DNA of 64,000 nucleotides from Glycera tridactyla (Eukaryota): NCBI GenBank assembly GCA_965644265.1, contig OZ286474.1, positions 7,688,001 to 7,752,000 of the forward strand, read 5' to 3'. Shown piece by piece: positions 61,301 to 64,000 of this stretch (position 1 is its first letter; each line of letters starts with the position of its first letter). The notes under the pieces were generated by a model. It saw only the letters and a program-made list of their open reading frames with translations, ran no database searches and was not told where the DNA came from. The position numbers and the translations under genes were made by a program.

Positions 61301-64000
61301 CTTGATCACTTTGATATATTGACATGATTGTATATACAACACAGAGGAAAAAATTGTGAAAATCAGCACATTCCATTATACCAGCATATGTAACCCAGCT
61401 GCCCTGAAAAAAAAATCAAAATCAGCTCAGCTTCACTCAGAATGACCCCTTTATCTTCTCTATGATACTTCGAGTTCATTTCATGATCAGTCTGAAATAT
61501 TGCAATGTTTTTATGTCCTCCAGGCGGCAACATTTTAGTAAAAATCTGCCAATTACCTCATATAAGCATACTTAAGTCCCCCATTGTATCTCAGCAGCCC
61601 TAATAATTTCCAATATCAACTCAGCTGTACTTGGAAAGACCTTTTTATCAACTAAATGATACTTTGAGAACATTTCTTGATCACTTTGATATATTGACAT
61701 GATTGTATATACTACAGAAAGGATAATAACTGTGAAAATCAGCACATTCCATTATACCAGCATATGTAACCCAGCTGCCCTGAAAAAAAAATCAAAATCA
61801 GCTCAGCTTCACTCAGAATGACCCCTTTATCTTCTCTATGATACTTCGAGTTCATTACATGATCAGTCTTCAATATTGCAATGATTTTATGTCCTTCAGG
61901 CGGCAACATTTTAGTGAAAATATGCCAATTTCCTTATATAAGCATACTAAAATCCCCCATTGTATCCCAGCTGCCCTAATAATTTCCCAAAATCAACTCA
62001 GCTGTACTTGGAATGACCTATTCATCTACTCAATGATCTTCTGAGAACATTTCGAGATCACTCTGATATATTTACATGATTGTATATACTACAGAGAGGA
62101 AAATAATTGTGAAAATCAGCACATTCCATTATACCAGCATACTGTGTAACCCAGCTGATCTGAAAAAAAAATCCAAAATCAGCTTAGCTTCACTCAGAAT
62201 GACCTCTTCATCTTCTCTATGATACTCTGAGTTCATTTCATGATCAGTCTTCAATATTGCAATCATTTTATGTCCTTCAGGCGACAATCTTTATCTTCTC
62301 AATGATACTCTGAGAACATTTCTGGATCACTTTGATACATTAACATGATTGTATATACTAATTGTGAAAATCAGCACATTCCAGTATACCAGCATACTGT
62401 GTAACCGAGCTGATCTGAAAAAAAAATTCAAAATCAGCTCAGCTTCACTCAGAATGACCTCTTCATCTTCTCTATGATACTCTGAGTTCATTTCATGATC
62501 AGTCTTCAATATTGCAATAATTTTATGTCCTTCAGGCGACAACATTTAAGTAAAAATCTGCCAATTACCTTATATAAGCATACTTAAGTCCCCCATTGTA
62601 TCCCAGCTGCCCTAATAATTTCCCAAAATCAACTCAGCTGTACTTGGAATGCCCTGTTCATCTACTAAATGATACTCTGAGAACATTTCTGGATCACTTT
62701 GATATATTTACATGATTGTATATACTATAGAGAGGAAAATAATTGTGAAAATCAGCACATTCTATTAAACCAGCATACTGTGTATCCCAGCTGCCCTATA
62801 AAAAATTCTAAATCCGCTCAGCATCACTCAGAGTGACCTCGTCATCTTCTCAATGATACTGTTAGTTTAATTTTATGATCAGTCTGGAATATTGCAATGA
62901 TTTTATGTCCTTCAGGTGGCAACATTTTAGTGAAAATCTGCCAATTTCCTCATATAAGCATACTGAAATCCCCAGTGTATCCAAGCTGCCCTAATAATTC
63001 TTCAAAATCAGCTCAGCTGTACACAGCATGACCTATTCATCTTTTAAATGGTACTCTGAGAACATTTCTGGATCACTTTGATATATTGACATGATTGTAT
63101 ATACTACAGAGAGGAAAATAATTGTGAAAATCAGCACATTCTATTATACCAGCATACTGAGATCCCAGCTGCCCTAAAAAAAATTCTATATCCACTCAGC
63201 ATCACTCAGAATGACCTTGTCATCTTCTCAATGATACTCTGAGTTCAAATCATTATTAGTCTGGAATATTGCAATGATTTTATGTCCTTCAGGGGGCAAC
63301 ATTAAAGTAAAAATCGGCCAATTACCTCATATAAGCATACTTAAGTCCCCCATTGTATCCCAGCTGCTCTAATAATTTTCGAAAATCAACTCAGCTGTAC
63401 TTGGAATGACCTATTCATCTACTAAATGATACTCTGAGAACATTTCTGGATCACTTCGATGTATCGACATGACTGCATATAATACAGAGAGGAAAATAAT
63501 TGTGAAAATCAGCACATTCCATTATACTAGCATACTGTGTAACCCAGCTGCCCTGGAAAAATAATCAAATTCAGCTCAGCTTCACTCAGAATGACCCCTT
63601 TATCTTCTCTATGATACTCTGAGTTCATTTCATGATCAGTCTGGAATATTGCAATGATTTTATGTCCTTCAGGCGGCAACATTTTCCTAAAAATCTGCCA
63701 ATTTCCTTATATAAGCATACTAAAAACCCCAATTGTACCCAAGCTGCCCTAATAATTTTCCAAAATCAACTCAGTTGTACTTGGAATGACCTATTCATTT
63801 ACTAGATGATACTCTGAGAACATTCCTGGATCACTTTGATATATTTACATGATTGTATATACAACACAGAGGAAAATAATTGTGAAAATCAGCACATTCC
63901 ATTATACCAGCATACTGTGTATCCCAGCTGCCCTAAAAAAAATTCTAAATCCGCTCAGCTTCACTCAGAATGACCTCTTTATCTTCTCTATCATACTTTT
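58375..64000. repeat. Satellite DNA, ~378-bp dimeric unit, ~15 copies, runs off window end
   Basis: gaggaaaataattgtgaaaatcagcac recurs every 371-378 bp; cccagctgccc occurs twice per unit (~195 + ~183 bp). Confidence 0.98.

Overview
Repeat-dense eukaryotic (animal-like; marine invertebrate is only an inference) genomic DNA with many N-masked blocks. No host gene, rRNA, tRNA or CRISPR array can be supported. The window is a mosaic of degraded LINE fragments (APE and RT domains), at least ten tandem arrays (19-378 bp units), MITEs and microsatellites. The centrepiece is a nested stack on the minus strand between ~26 and 43 kb. A 6.4-kb, apparently intact tyrosine-recombinase (Ngaro/DIRS-group) retrotransposon has the order SGNH-like ORF, fused Gag-RT-RNaseH, YR. 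It is flanked by a 7-bp direct repeat and is inserted into the RRM-type ORF1 of an older element, whose frame is restored when the insert is removed. That older element carries a long Q/N- and RS-rich ORF1 followed by its own separate SGNH hydrolase ORF. A CR1-like fragment near 2 kb carries a degenerate 2A-like peptide ahead of PHD and APE domains. All protein assignments come from motif recognition by eye, not database searches, and boundaries are approximate unless a junction is spelled out.
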